Shown: positions 35,101-45,054 of the stretch, piece after piece
Numbering within the stretch: the first letter of the stretch is position 1
How the letters are laid out: the number at the start of each line of letters is the position of its first letter
Virus record (IMG/VR): IMGVR_UViG_3300020411_000003
Origin: a virus
Strand: one strand, 5' to 3'
DNA: 64,000 nt
Notes under the pieces: model-generated
What the model was told of the DNA's origin: nothing
Seen by the model: only the letters and a program-made list of their open reading frames with translations
Database searches by the model: none
Made by a program: the position numbers and the translations under genes

Positions 35101-36720
35101 AAGATCTGTCAATCCAATTCCAGCAGCAGTACCAGTAATAGTAAGTGATCCAGTTCCACCACCTTGTCCGAAGGTGATTCCAGTACCAGCTATAAGATTT
35201 AATGTGTATGGAGTACCAGCACCATTATTTGTATAGATTATTTGAGATGTAGTTGCATTAGCATGGTTAAATGCAAGACTATTATCTGCTGCTGGTGTAA
35301 ATGTAAATTGACCAGTTAAATTATTATATGCTAATCCACCATTACCACTAGGTGAACCTTCAGTACCTACACTAAGATCTCCTAATGCAATACCACCACC
35401 AGAACCACCACTGTCAAGAGCATTAACCCATGAACTACCATCCCATTTTAAAATCTGATTGGTCTGTATAGAACTGATATTAACATTACTAATATTCTCT
35501 AGAGTTCTAGTTTTCCACTCTACAGTAGTTCCATTCGAAGTTAATACCTGATCTGCTGTACCTTTTGATCCAGTACTATCTTTTAAACCAGCATTAGGAT
35601 AGAAGTATAAACAAGAATTTGCTTTCTCCCATTTAAGATCATAGTTATTAGCACCTTTGAATACAACATCGCCATCGACTGTTAATTCATCAGTAGTGAG
35701 CTTACCAGAAATATCTGCACCAATAGAAGAGGTCGAAATTCTAGTGCTACTACCATGATAAAGTTGAACAGGTCCACCATCAATGAATGTAATAAAGGTA
35801 TCACTTGGAGTAGACTTTGGTCTGAAAATCATCTGATCAGACTCAAGGAATGAAGTTACAATACCTGTATTTCCATCATAATATATTTGAAGATCGTCAT
35901 GCGCTCCAAATTTTAACCTATTATTAGTTGCACCAGAACTATCACCAAATTCAATAATCTTACTATTAACATCAAGATTACCACCAAGTTGAGGTGTGAG
36001 GTCGTCAACTATATTAATAGCAGCAGCACCACTATCATCAGCAATAACAAATTTAGATACTGAAGCATCATATTTAAGTATCTTACCATCTGCTACTCCA
36101 GTTGTATCAACATCACTATGATCATCAATACTATGAGTTGGTAATGATGTTATAAAGCTTGATAAATCTGGTGGAGTATATGATAGTACACCTGTACTAT
36201 TATTGTATGAAAGACCTGCTGTTCCTGCTGATTGAGTAGATACAGAAAGATCTGATAATGTTATAAAGTTGCTAACATCAGATGGTGTGTAAGTAAATAT
36301 ACCAGTAACATTATTATAACTTAAACTTGAATTACCAGGAGAATTATTAGTTACCTGTATATCGGTAAGAGCAATTCTTGATGATAAATTATCTGTGACT
36401 ACACTATAGTTACCAGAACCATCAGTTTTCATCAGACCAGCACTAGGGAAGTCTGCATCCTGAATAGCATCACCAATTGATGTAATAAAATTACTTAAAT
36501 CAGGTGGTGTATATGTGATTGTACCAGTAGAGTTATCATATACTAAGTTACCTCCAGCAGATGCTGAATTGACAACAGCACTGATATCTGTCAGAGTAAT
36601 GTAAGTCGCATTCAGACCAATCTGAGTACCACTAAAAGTATGGAGGTCGTAACCTATCTGATTAATCTTCTGCCTTTGTACCTCAAAGGTATCGGACTTA
36701 TTTACTATGACTTGTGCCAT
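32200..36720 (-). CDS. Long tail fibre with a collar domain and a His-rich (HxH) needle tip
   Basis: Collar motif FPSGGIIMWSG...IPSGWVLCDG...PDLRDRFVLGAG; nine HxH motifs; C-terminus NVMPKYYALCYIMKT; internal repeats. Confidence 0.88.
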   Translation of the reverse strand: MAQVIVNKSDTFEVQRQKINQIGYDLHTFSGTQIGLNATYITLTDISAVVNSASAGGNLVYDNSTGTITYTPPDLSNFITSIGDAIQDADFPSAGLMKTDGSGNYSVVTDNLSSRIALTDIQVTNNSPGNSSLSYNNVTGIFTYTPSDVSNFITLSDLSVSTQSAGTAGLSYNNSTGVLSYTPPDLSSFITSLPTHSIDDHSDVDTTGVADGKILKYDASVSKFVIADDSGAAAINIVDDLTPQLGGNLDVNSKIIEFGDSSGATNNRLKFGAHDDLQIYYDGNTGIVTSFLESDQMIFRPKSTPSDTFITFIDGGPVQLYHGSSTRISTSSIGADISGKLTTDELTVDGDVVFKGANNYDLKWEKANSCLYFYPNAGLKDSTGSKGTADQVLTSNGTTVEWKTRTLENISNVNISSIQTNQILKWDGSSWVNALDSGGSGGGIALGDLSVGTEGSPSGNGGLAYNNLTGQFTFTPAADNSLAFNHANATTSQIIYTNNGAGTPYTLNLIAGTGITFGQGGGTGSLTITGTAAGIGLTDLSVGSNAAASGGGGVAYDNSTGVFTYTPPDLSGYLTGYTETDTLNDVVGRGGITTSNATFAGSSGNPGRLDVQNNGNYAISLNATQGVGINTADGIGLSIGNLATNVWRATIDGSTGDITGNKFVKTSGTSSQFLKADGSVDSNTYLTSISLASSNINDLADVNTGTPTDGHVLKWDSGTSKWISAPDQTASSGSGIALTDLSVTTNAAGTAALSYNNGTGVFSYTPPDLSAVSTDLTAFSVGPNNGATSTGGMSYNNSTGVFSFTPQDLSSYLTSVALNDLTDVTTGTISDGDVLKYSGTNGRWEAQTDETQHLSNIVDSAQGVNVTGKVATTDGVDIDTGGNLNAAGTSVDFQSATISFSGASISGLSGTINAAVDVHLNKSTASSGEVLSWNGTDYDWVAAASGIALSDLSVNTNTAGTAALSYNNATGVFSYTPPDLSTFISLGSISVGSPNTASGTGAISYNNANGVFKYTPPDLSSYLTGSSVIADLNDVVITGSPSSGQVLKWNAATSKWTNQADAAGAGSTDPGGSDTHVQFNDSDSFGGDASLTWDNSNNKLKIGNADSDSYLLVGNNSKRTEIRNNNSSTYLYSYADSTFHIGIPGSGTTIQLDSVSTTMARFVQGAECALYYANTLRFETGDGVVKIHGGLLDKDDEVGEAGQILSTTGGATPQLEWIDAPTPDLAVGDLTDTNITGSPNDNDVLAWDSASSKWTNQAQTGSSQGSAFPSGGIIMWSGSQSNIPSGWVLCDGNNSTPDLRDRFVLGAGSSYSVGDTGGSETVSISTSNMPSHTHTVNSHSHSLPSHSHTVSSHTHSIGSHTHSFSGSGTGTSGVQSDNHYHSGNTSDAGLHNHSYVTHSSLFTGDYHTEAVNANMGNVAATTGDAGTHAHYFDTLGVSEDHTHTTTVSISGTTGAGSGNTGSASPSTSTVSSTNTGATSGSTTGTGGGSALNVMPKYYALCYIMKT
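33660..36600 (-). repeat. Intragenic coding repeats of the tail fibre: 9 copies of the L.D.SV...YNN.TGVF.YTPPDLS module, interleaved with about 7 copies of the L.DL.DV...DG.VLKW...KW module
   Basis: Counted in the translation; the copies at about 33785-33885 and 34420-34520 are near-identical in DNA (about 7 differences in about 100 nt). Confidence 0.85.
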
Positions 36721-36919
36721 TACTTTCTATCAATTGTTTTAGTAGGGTCTTGAGTTCACTAAGTTCACTTTTAACATAGTCCAATTCATACTCCATACTC
36801 CTTTGTTTGTTTCTGGATGCTTTATATTTGGCAAATGAAGACCTATCGGTATTTATTATTGCACCTGTATTTACATCACGATATAAATGATCTTGATCCT
36901 TAACCTTTAGACTATCCAT
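36698..36919 (-). CDS. Small hypothetical protein with a C-terminal coiled coil
   Basis: LKVKD..HLYRD..TGAIINTD...Y; coupled to the upstream gene by a TAATG overlap. Confidence 0.75.
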   Translation of the reverse strand: MDSLKVKDQDHLYRDVNTGAIINTDRSSFAKYKASRNKQRSMEYELDYVKSELSELKTLLKQLIESNGTSHSK

Positions 36920-39900
36920 TAATATGAAGCAACTGCCCTCATATCCTGAATCTTAGGAACAAACGCAGGGTTATTAGATTTCATAACAATCTTAACTGCA
37001 TAAGAAGAGAATTCTGGTAGATTCTCTATGCTGTAAGATAGTTCTTGATATGATGATTGTTTCTCTGTAATACCACTAATAGCATTTTCAGATGAAGCAA
37101 CAGTATCAACATCAGGTTCACCTGATTCATTAAAGTATATCCATTCAATATCTTCGAAGTTCTCTTGTGAGGAAGACTTCTTGATCTTATAAAGAATTTG
37201 TAAGTTCTTAGTATCAGTTACATTAGCAGTAAGTTTTACATCAATGGAAGTAGCAGGATTTTCAATAGCAATTTCTTTAGTCACATACTTAGCAATTCCA
37301 GAACTATTCTTAGATTCTGTCTCAGAAATATAATCAACACCATTAGAATATGATACTGTTGCAATTTCAATGAAACTTGCCTCATCAACTGGTTGATTTG
37401 GATATGAAATCAAATCACCAACTCTAAAGATATCATTCAACTGATCATCTACATTAGCATTTCTATCAAAACTACTACTATCAATAAGTCTTCCAGTATA
37501 ATCATTATTAATTGGTTGCTTATCATTAACTGTAGTTAATTCACCAGACTTAGTATTCCACAATACTATCTTACCAGAAATCTTATTGTCGTATGTCTGA
37601 GCAACAACAGATGGATTTCTTGCAGTAACGTATGTTGGAGGTGTAGTAGTATTTGGAATATCAAAAGTAAACTTAGTAAGACCTGTTGTACCAACAGTAA
37701 TAGTACCAGCAAATGTCTGACCACTGAATGTTACAGTCTCACCAGCAACAAAGGTGTTGACTGTAGTAACTTTAACATAAACTGTACTTCCATTTACTTT
37801 AACAATAGAACCTTCTGCCTTAGAAGTAACTCCAACAAGGGTCTGATTAGTATTAATAACTTCAGCACCTTGAAGACCAGATGCAGTGAATGAAAATACT
37901 GGTAAGAAAGTTACAACTTGATTTCTTCTACCATAACGATCTTCAGAACCTGAAGCAGATTCAACACGGTTACTAATAGTTTTAACTGATGCTCTAGACA
38001 AATCAATCACTGGACTCAAATGAGACACAGTAGACGATAGATCTAATTTATATGATAATGAATTATCAATACCATTAGCAGTTTCGTTAATCTTAGAAGC
38101 AACAATCTTCTGATTAATGAAATAGAAGTCTTCGTTTAAGAAAGTCTTCTCATAATCAGTCTGTGAATATGAGGTGAAAGTATTAACGTTATCATCTACA
38201 GGAGAAACATTTGTTGTTTTAACGAAACTATCAATCTTAGTTTGACTGAATGTTAAGTTTGCTATAGAAGCGTATACTTTTTCAAACTTTCTATTGTATG
38301 TTGCTAGTACACTTGTACCACCACCAAAGGAATTACCAGATGCTCTAGTAGATCCAGTGATATTGTAATAGTCAACACCAGTGTTAGAAACCTTATAAAG
38401 ATTGCTATTAAGTGAGGAAGCAGTTACACCACCAACATCATCTGCATTCTTGAAGTAAACCCATGACTTATCAAGATCAAATCCATTATCTCTATGGTTA
38501 ACTTTAACAATGTAATTGTTATTCTTAAACAATGTTGATGTAGCAGTAGTATTTGCTTCTGCATTAGTTTCAATAGGATGATGATCAAGTGGTTCAAATC
38601 CTAGAACATCATTGGATAGTAAGAGACTTGCAGTTCTACTAATATCAAATTCTGCACGATTCAATACAAACTTAATATCTTCAAATAGATCTTCTGTCCA
38701 AGCATTAGTATTCTGAGACTTGAATAGAGAACCTAAAGCAGGTTGTGTTGTAACAATTTGACTAGTAGCAACTTCAACTCCACCTAATGTAGATGCCCAC
38801 ATCTCATAATCAATAGAATCTGTTTCAATAGCAAGAGCATATTCTTGATCATTCTCAAGATATACAGGGAAGTCAAATGCAAACTTAGTAGGAGTTATAG
38901 ATTGTGTCTCTCCATCAACATCAATAGCGATACCCATTCTTACTGCTGGAGTATCAATAGTAATTTCAGATTCAATTATTGCACCAGCATTACCTGATCC
39001 TGTTCCTCTGAGGACAATGGATGGAGGTTCGGTATATCCTGAACCAGCAAGGGATATTTCTGCATCATAAACAAGACCTTGCGAAACTCTAACTGTAGCA
39101 GTAGCATTACCACCACCAGGAAGTTGAGGACTTTCAATTGTGATAATTGCAGATTCATAACCACTACCTGTGTTAGAAACGTTTAATCCAGTTACACGAC
39201 CAGAATCCTTAGCAATAGTAAGTGTGAATTGTGTATTATTAGCATTATTAGATTGTGTAATAGATGTAACATCTAATAGTTCATCTTGAACAAAACTCTT
39301 ACCATTGTTATTATCTAATACAACTGTATATACTTGATCATTTGTTAATGTAAATGTACCTGTTGTACTAGCAACTAATTCAATATTGTTCTTATCAATA
39401 ACTTTACTAATAGGACCAGAAGCATTAGATTTAGATCCTGTTACATTTTCACCCTTACTAATCGTAAGTGTATCACTTGCGACTACTTTTAAGAATGTCT
39501 CAGGTGTCAATACTTTCTGTGTGCCAGGAATAATATTCTTACCTGGTTTACCACTAACAACATCAGTTAGATAAACTCTTAATGGAATATTATCACTCTT
39601 CTTATTGAAGAAGAGATCCAAACTTGTTACAAATACACCACCATCAAATCCATCAACTTTAAATGTCTGAGCGAATGGATTAGGTCTAATTGGATTCTCA
39701 GTATTGCTATCCACAACCTGTGTACCTTCATTCGCTTTAAAGAATGAAGGTCTTGTAGATACAATAGAAGAAGGATTCTCTGGAACTATACCTGTAGCAT
39801 AGAACTTAACTTCAGCAAATGTTTCTACTTCATCAGTAGCAGCATCAGTAGAACTTGATGTAAATCTAATAGTCTTAACACCTGTGCTGAATCTTAATTC

Positions 39901-42900
39901 ATCAGCATCTGTATCATATGATACAGTATCAACACTTCCAGACCATACAGCATTCTCTCTAGGTGGTATTCCAGCAGGTACTAAGATAATACCACTAGCA
40001 TTACCATTATTATCTGTAGTAATAGTACCATTGAATGCAGATAGAGAGTTTCCTGCAATACCAGTATACTTAAGATCAGGATTAACCCATCTAGCAATAT
40101 CTCTGCCTTCCATAAAGACATAGACTCTAGTATTTGGTTTTAATCTATTGATCTTAAACTTAACAGGAATACTTCTAGCAAAGTAAGATAGAGATGTAAC
40201 AACAACATTAGATCCTACACCCTTAGTTACTAATCCCTTACCAACTTCATTATTCTGTGGACTAATATTTGAAGATGTTCCTACAGTAGCAGTAGCAACA
40301 TTAGAATCAGCAATATTAGAATTAACTTCTGCAAAAGATCCAATATTATAAAATGCTTGGTTAGCACCAATCCAATTAACCTTATATGAATTGTAAAGAC
40401 TTGAGAATGCTTCCTTCAAGTTTTCCTTAGCAAGGAAAATAGAATATAGATTAGTATTATTATCTGTTACCAAAGGTTCTACACTATCATCATACCAAGA
40501 ATCTACGTTAGGTCCAATAAAGGAATCACCAACATATTGAAGAACAACAAATGGATTAGGATTAACTGTCTTAGTAGCAAAGTCATTTCCTAACAGTTCT
40601 AATTCTGTATATGGTAGAGTAACTATATCACCAGTCTTCTGATAACCAGCAACAGATCTTTGATCATCTCTAGTATTAATTTCAACTAGATCAATAGAAT
40701 CTTCTTTTGCTTGAGGACGTAATACAGACTGTTGTGTATCAACAGCACACTTGTAATCAATTGATTTAAGAGATCCAATCCTATGAGTCTCAAAATTGTC
40801 TACAATGAAACCACTCTTAAAGCGATTAACACCACTAGCATCTGTAATCTGCATATTAAGAGCTTGTTGCTCAAGAATGCTTAACGTAGTGTAATATTCC
40901 AGTCTCTCAATACGCTTCTCTAACTTACCGATATCACGCATTGTATAACGACGATTATCGACAGGAGTAATCCTTACATCCTTACCTGTTTGTGTGAATG
41001 CAGGAATGTACATATAGTACAATGCAATAGCATCACTAATAACATCAGGTTTAGATGGGTTAAGTGAAGAGTTACCTTGTTTAATAATAAATTGACCCTT
41101 CTTATTCAAGAACAATCCATCAATCCTATCAAGGTATTGTGTCTGTGTGAATGAGAAAGTATATTCAAGATTTGAATCAGGAGCAGGAGTACTAGAAACA
41201 ATACCACCTGTACCTGTAAATGATCTACTATTAGGTGAAGATAATAATGATGTATTTTGGAATCCACCAATGATTGCATCATTATCAACTTTAGGTCTAA
41301 AGTCTAATACATCTTTAAGAGATACTTTACCTAATACAGGTGAGTTGAATGAAGGAATCTCTTCAGGACCAACACCTGCTTCATGTAAATAAGAATCAAC
41401 AGTAATGAAATCACCAGAAGTATGATCGAAGTAATCGAAAGCAATTACTAACTGACCTGTTGGTGCTTCAAAACCTGGTTTAATAACAAGTCTAGAGATA
41501 TCATATATTGTATCTCTTTGACCATCGTCAAATGTAAATCTATTAGTAACATCAGTACCAGTAACAAGGTTACCTGCTTTATCTACTACAGGAGGTGTAG
41601 ATGAAGAACCTTCATAAACATACCTTAAATTAAATGCATCAGCATAACTGTATACATCTAATGACTCAGTATCATAGTCTCTACCTCTGAAAGGTATAAC
41701 TTTATCACCAGCAGACTCAACAATAATTCTCTTATTTAAGTTTGCTGTCTTAAGTCTTGGTTTTGCCTTAGTAACTTCTAAGGTAGCAGTTAATTTTAAT
41801 GTAGGATATGTTGTATATGATGCAGATCCAAAATAGTTTGCAGGTAGATTCAACTTAACACTACCAGATGTCAAACCACTAGCAGCATCAGTAGATGCCT
41901 TTATCTCAACTTGATCTGAAGTAATATAAACTACATCACCAGCAGCAACGTCAGGAGCATCACCTGGATCAAGGATTGTGATTAAGAAGTTGCTTTCACT
42001 AAATGATACAAATCTTTGAGTTCCAAATGGGAGTTGAGCAGCAAAAGTAATAGAACCAGAACCACCAGAACCAGTAGATATAAAGTCTCTTCTGAGATAG
42101 TAGGTAATCTTGGAATCATCAGCAGTTGCAACTATAGAACTTATCTGATTAGAACCAGTCTTATAAAGAAGAGTTCCCTGATTAAAGTTCTCGATAGATG
42201 GTCTTACTCTAACAACACTTGCATTAGTAACATCATTAGGTAATGACCTATCTAAGTAAATTCTTGATTTATATACACCAGCAGGTTTAGTAGACTGTTG
42301 TACAACACCTCTTACAAGATTTCCAGAATCATCTGTAAACTGAACCAAATCTCCATGTATAACAAATGTGGTAGAGTCTCCACCAAATCCTGTACATTCA
42401 ATATACTTTCTACCCTTACCTCCACTAAAAGTAAAGTCAGTTACAGAAACAATCTCAGCATACTTCTCTTTGTTAATTTCAATGTCTGCTGTAAATGTAT
42501 TAGAATTACCAGATCCAAATTGAGAGTAGAATGACTTAACATTCTGTGGTGTATATGTTGTAACAGCATTTCTTACTAGAACAGGTACAACAACTGCTTG
42601 TGCAGTAGCACCACTGTCAACAATTTCAACTAAAGGTGGTTGAGAGTATTCAACTTGAGCAGAATCTCTATCAACAATTTCCACCTTATAAACTAACTGA
42701 TCTCCACTAACATTAACAAGTATTTTAGAGTTATCATACTCAACACCATCAATTCTAATTGTTGCACTAGTAGAATGATTTGCTCCTCTGTTAGTAACAA
42801 CAAAGTGAGAGATAGTATTGTCTTTTGCAATCCTTAATGTATTACCAGATTCATCAGCAATAACTTCACCACTCTTAAATACACCAAATAACCCTTTAAC

Positions 42901-45024
42901 CATAAGGGTCTTGTTAGAAGTATATGATCCTGTGGCAGTACCTTCTACTACTCCATACGCACCACTGCTAAGACCTCTAACATATTGTCCTGGAGTAAAA
43001 CTACCAGAAACAGAAATCTTATCATCTAATTGAATCTTAGTAAAGAAATTAGGATCAAAATAAGAGAATCCAAATGTACTGTTATATGTTGCATCACCAT
43101 TAGATAATCTACCTTTGGAGATAACAATATCAGTATCAGGATTAAATCCAATTCCTCTATCTAATAATGTATAGTTACTTGGTTTTGCTATTCCAACAAC
43201 AGGAGTAATTGTCTCGTTATAATCAATAACTTTTCCGAAAGGAACAGAACCAGGTGTCTCAGCATCATTCTCATTGATATAGATGTATCTAATCTTATTA
43301 GGATCAGTATCATCATATTCAATAAGGAAATCATCTAGAAGATCTTTCTGTGCAGTTACAGTGATTTCTAAGAAAGTAACAGAAGTATCTGGATTAGATT
43401 CTACTCTAGGAACTCTAGAATAAGAAAGAACTTCAAAACTATTTGCTATAATAGTAGTTCCACGTGATTGAATATACCAAAGAGTTGGAATACCATCAGC
43501 AGTAGTTCTAAAATTAGCACCAGTAAGACCTGCTACACGTGTTGCATAGTTATTATCAACTTCAATGTAGATAGTCTTAATACCAGTATTAATATCAAAG
43601 AAAGAACCTCTCCTATTAATAGTTTGCTTAGGATCAGTTTCTGCCTCAGTATTATTCATACCAATAGATCCATCATTAAAGACAGAAGACAGATACACAT
43701 TAGGATATGATGTAAGTTCAGATCCTTCTGAGTTTACTGGTAATGAACTATAATTGTTAGTAATTCTGTAAGTAGGAAGACCTTTTGTTTTAAGACGTAT
43801 ATCTTCTCTGTTTAAAGTTTCTCTTGCTTTATCTACATCAATATACTTGGTCTCTTTATTAACAACCTCATAACCTTTAACGTATGCTTTACCTGGACCA
43901 ACACTAGCAACTAACTTCTTACTAGCATCAGATTCAGAAATACCATTTACTAAACCTTCTGAATCTTTTCCATAGATACCAAGATTACCATTCTTTTGTA
44001 GATACTCTCTTACATCAAGTGAGAAGTTATCAACAACATAATCACCAGACTCATCATAAGTTCTACGTGCAAGAGTCTGCTCAAGAAGATTGTAGTCCGT
44101 TTGTACTACTTGAGTTTGTACTACTCCATTCTTGATCTGAAGTAGTTTAATGAAATTCTTATCTGTCTTCTCGTCTAATGAATATACAACGAGACTCAAT
44201 GTGAGACTTAACCTATGTGCTCCTGGTGCTGAGTAATTTGAAGATCCAATAGAATTGTCATATAGACTTGCATCTTCTTCAGGAGTTACAATACTCTCAT
44301 TAATTTTAAATCCAACTTTAGCAGATGGAGAATCATAATACTTGTCAATAACAAGTAACTGATTTGAGTTTCTTACAAAATATCCATTAACAAAGTAAAT
44401 ACCTTCTTCTACCTTAACAGCAGAAGCATATCCCATTGCAGGACTCTCTAATGCTGTTGTCTCTCGTGTATCAGGATTAGTAACAGAAATAGAAGTAGGA
44501 AGTACGCTTCCATCGGTTCCAACCACCATAAGTGGTGTGTTAACACCGTCTACGACCTCTAGAGTCTCACCTTGACGGAATGTGTCCTCATTTCCAGCAT
44601 CACCACTATTTGTGTAGTTGACATAGAGAACATCTGATTCTGTCTCTGTTGCAATACCAGCTTGTACAATAGTAGCAATAACACCAGATGTTAATCCCTT
44701 AACTTGGCGATCAACTAATTGTGTTACATCATATTTTTTATAAACTATCTGACCATCTTGGTTTGTAGGTATCTCAGATACCGAAGATAGTTTAACAAAA
44801 TTGAGTTTATTATTAAAACCTATTTCACCAGGAATGACTAACTCACCCTGTTTAAATGCATACTTACCAAACTGCTCAATTTGATTTTGCAGTAAAGACT
44901 GTAGCTGCGTTAACTCTCTCGCCTGAACTGAATATCCAGGTCGAAAGAGTACTTTGTAAAAGTTTTTGTCAGTGTCAAAATCGTCGTAATATGGTGCGAC
45001 ATTAAGATTCGTCTTTTGAGGCAT
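36919..45024 (-). CDS. Very large virion structural protein (DUF4815 / VrlC-like, 2701 aa)
   Basis: N-terminus MPQKTNLNVAPYYDDFD..KNFYKVLFRPG..VQARELTQLQS.LQNQIE; RLEYYTTLSILEQ..FKSGFIVDNF; C-terminus VPKIQDMRAVA. Confidence 0.85.
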   Translation of the reverse strand: MPQKTNLNVAPYYDDFDTDKNFYKVLFRPGYSVQARELTQLQSLLQNQIEQFGKYAFKQGELVIPGEIGFNNKLNFVKLSSVSEIPTNQDGQIVYKKYDVTQLVDRQVKGLTSGVIATIVQAGIATETESDVLYVNYTNSGDAGNEDTFRQGETLEVVDGVNTPLMVVGTDGSVLPTSISVTNPDTRETTALESPAMGYASAVKVEEGIYFVNGYFVRNSNQLLVIDKYYDSPSAKVGFKINESIVTPEEDASLYDNSIGSSNYSAPGAHRLSLTLSLVVYSLDEKTDKNFIKLLQIKNGVVQTQVVQTDYNLLEQTLARRTYDESGDYVVDNFSLDVREYLQKNGNLGIYGKDSEGLVNGISESDASKKLVASVGPGKAYVKGYEVVNKETKYIDVDKARETLNREDIRLKTKGLPTYRITNNYSSLPVNSEGSELTSYPNVYLSSVFNDGSIGMNNTEAETDPKQTINRRGSFFDINTGIKTIYIEVDNNYATRVAGLTGANFRTTADGIPTLWYIQSRGTTIIANSFEVLSYSRVPRVESNPDTSVTFLEITVTAQKDLLDDFLIEYDDTDPNKIRYIYINENDAETPGSVPFGKVIDYNETITPVVGIAKPSNYTLLDRGIGFNPDTDIVISKGRLSNGDATYNSTFGFSYFDPNFFTKIQLDDKISVSGSFTPGQYVRGLSSGAYGVVEGTATGSYTSNKTLMVKGLFGVFKSGEVIADESGNTLRIAKDNTISHFVVTNRGANHSTSATIRIDGVEYDNSKILVNVSGDQLVYKVEIVDRDSAQVEYSQPPLVEIVDSGATAQAVVVPVLVRNAVTTYTPQNVKSFYSQFGSGNSNTFTADIEINKEKYAEIVSVTDFTFSGGKGRKYIECTGFGGDSTTFVIHGDLVQFTDDSGNLVRGVVQQSTKPAGVYKSRIYLDRSLPNDVTNASVVRVRPSIENFNQGTLLYKTGSNQISSIVATADDSKITYYLRRDFISTGSGGSGSITFAAQLPFGTQRFVSFSESNFLITILDPGDAPDVAAGDVVYITSDQVEIKASTDAASGLTSGSVKLNLPANYFGSASYTTYPTLKLTATLEVTKAKPRLKTANLNKRIIVESAGDKVIPFRGRDYDTESLDVYSYADAFNLRYVYEGSSSTPPVVDKAGNLVTGTDVTNRFTFDDGQRDTIYDISRLVIKPGFEAPTGQLVIAFDYFDHTSGDFITVDSYLHEAGVGPEEIPSFNSPVLGKVSLKDVLDFRPKVDNDAIIGGFQNTSLLSSPNSRSFTGTGGIVSSTPAPDSNLEYTFSFTQTQYLDRIDGLFLNKKGQFIIKQGNSSLNPSKPDVISDAIALYYMYIPAFTQTGKDVRITPVDNRRYTMRDIGKLEKRIERLEYYTTLSILEQQALNMQITDASGVNRFKSGFIVDNFETHRIGSLKSIDYKCAVDTQQSVLRPQAKEDSIDLVEINTRDDQRSVAGYQKTGDIVTLPYTELELLGNDFATKTVNPNPFVVLQYVGDSFIGPNVDSWYDDSVEPLVTDNNTNLYSIFLAKENLKEAFSSLYNSYKVNWIGANQAFYNIGSFAEVNSNIADSNVATATVGTSSNISPQNNEVGKGLVTKGVGSNVVVTSLSYFARSIPVKFKINRLKPNTRVYVFMEGRDIARWVNPDLKYTGIAGNSLSAFNGTITTDNNGNASGIILVPAGIPPRENAVWSGSVDTVSYDTDADELRFSTGVKTIRFTSSSTDAATDEVETFAEVKFYATGIVPENPSSIVSTRPSFFKANEGTQVVDSNTENPIRPNPFAQTFKVDGFDGGVFVTSLDLFFNKKSDNIPLRVYLTDVVSGKPGKNIIPGTQKVLTPETFLKVVASDTLTISKGENVTGSKSNASGPISKVIDKNNIELVASTTGTFTLTNDQVYTVVLDNNNGKSFVQDELLDVTSITQSNNANNTQFTLTIAKDSGRVTGLNVSNTGSGYESAIITIESPQLPGGGNATATVRVSQGLVYDAEISLAGSGYTEPPSIVLRGTGSGNAGAIIESEITIDTPAVRMGIAIDVDGETQSITPTKFAFDFPVYLENDQEYALAIETDSIDYEMWASTLGGVEVATSQIVTTQPALGSLFKSQNTNAWTEDLFEDIKFVLNRAEFDISRTASLLLSNDVLGFEPLDHHPIETNAEANTTATSTLFKNNNYIVKVNHRDNGFDLDKSWVYFKNADDVGGVTASSLNSNLYKVSNTGVDYYNITGSTRASGNSFGGGTSVLATYNRKFEKVYASIANLTFSQTKIDSFVKTTNVSPVDDNVNTFTSYSQTDYEKTFLNEDFYFINQKIVASKINETANGIDNSLSYKLDLSSTVSHLSPVIDLSRASVKTISNRVESASGSEDRYGRRNQVVTFLPVFSFTASGLQGAEVINTNQTLVGVTSKAEGSIVKVNGSTVYVKVTTVNTFVAGETVTFSGQTFAGTITVGTTGLTKFTFDIPNTTTPPTYVTARNPSVVAQTYDNKISGKIVLWNTKSGELTTVNDKQPINNDYTGRLIDSSSFDRNANVDDQLNDIFRVGDLISYPNQPVDEASFIEIATVSYSNGVDYISETESKNSSGIAKYVTKEIAIENPATSIDVKLTANVTDTKNLQILYKIKKSSSQENFEDIEWIYFNESGEPDVDTVASSENAISGITEKQSSYQELSYSIENLPEFSSYAVKIVMKSNNPAFVPKIQDMRAVASY

Positions 45025-45054
45025 TGCAACCAGTCTCTAATAACGGTGGGTAAA

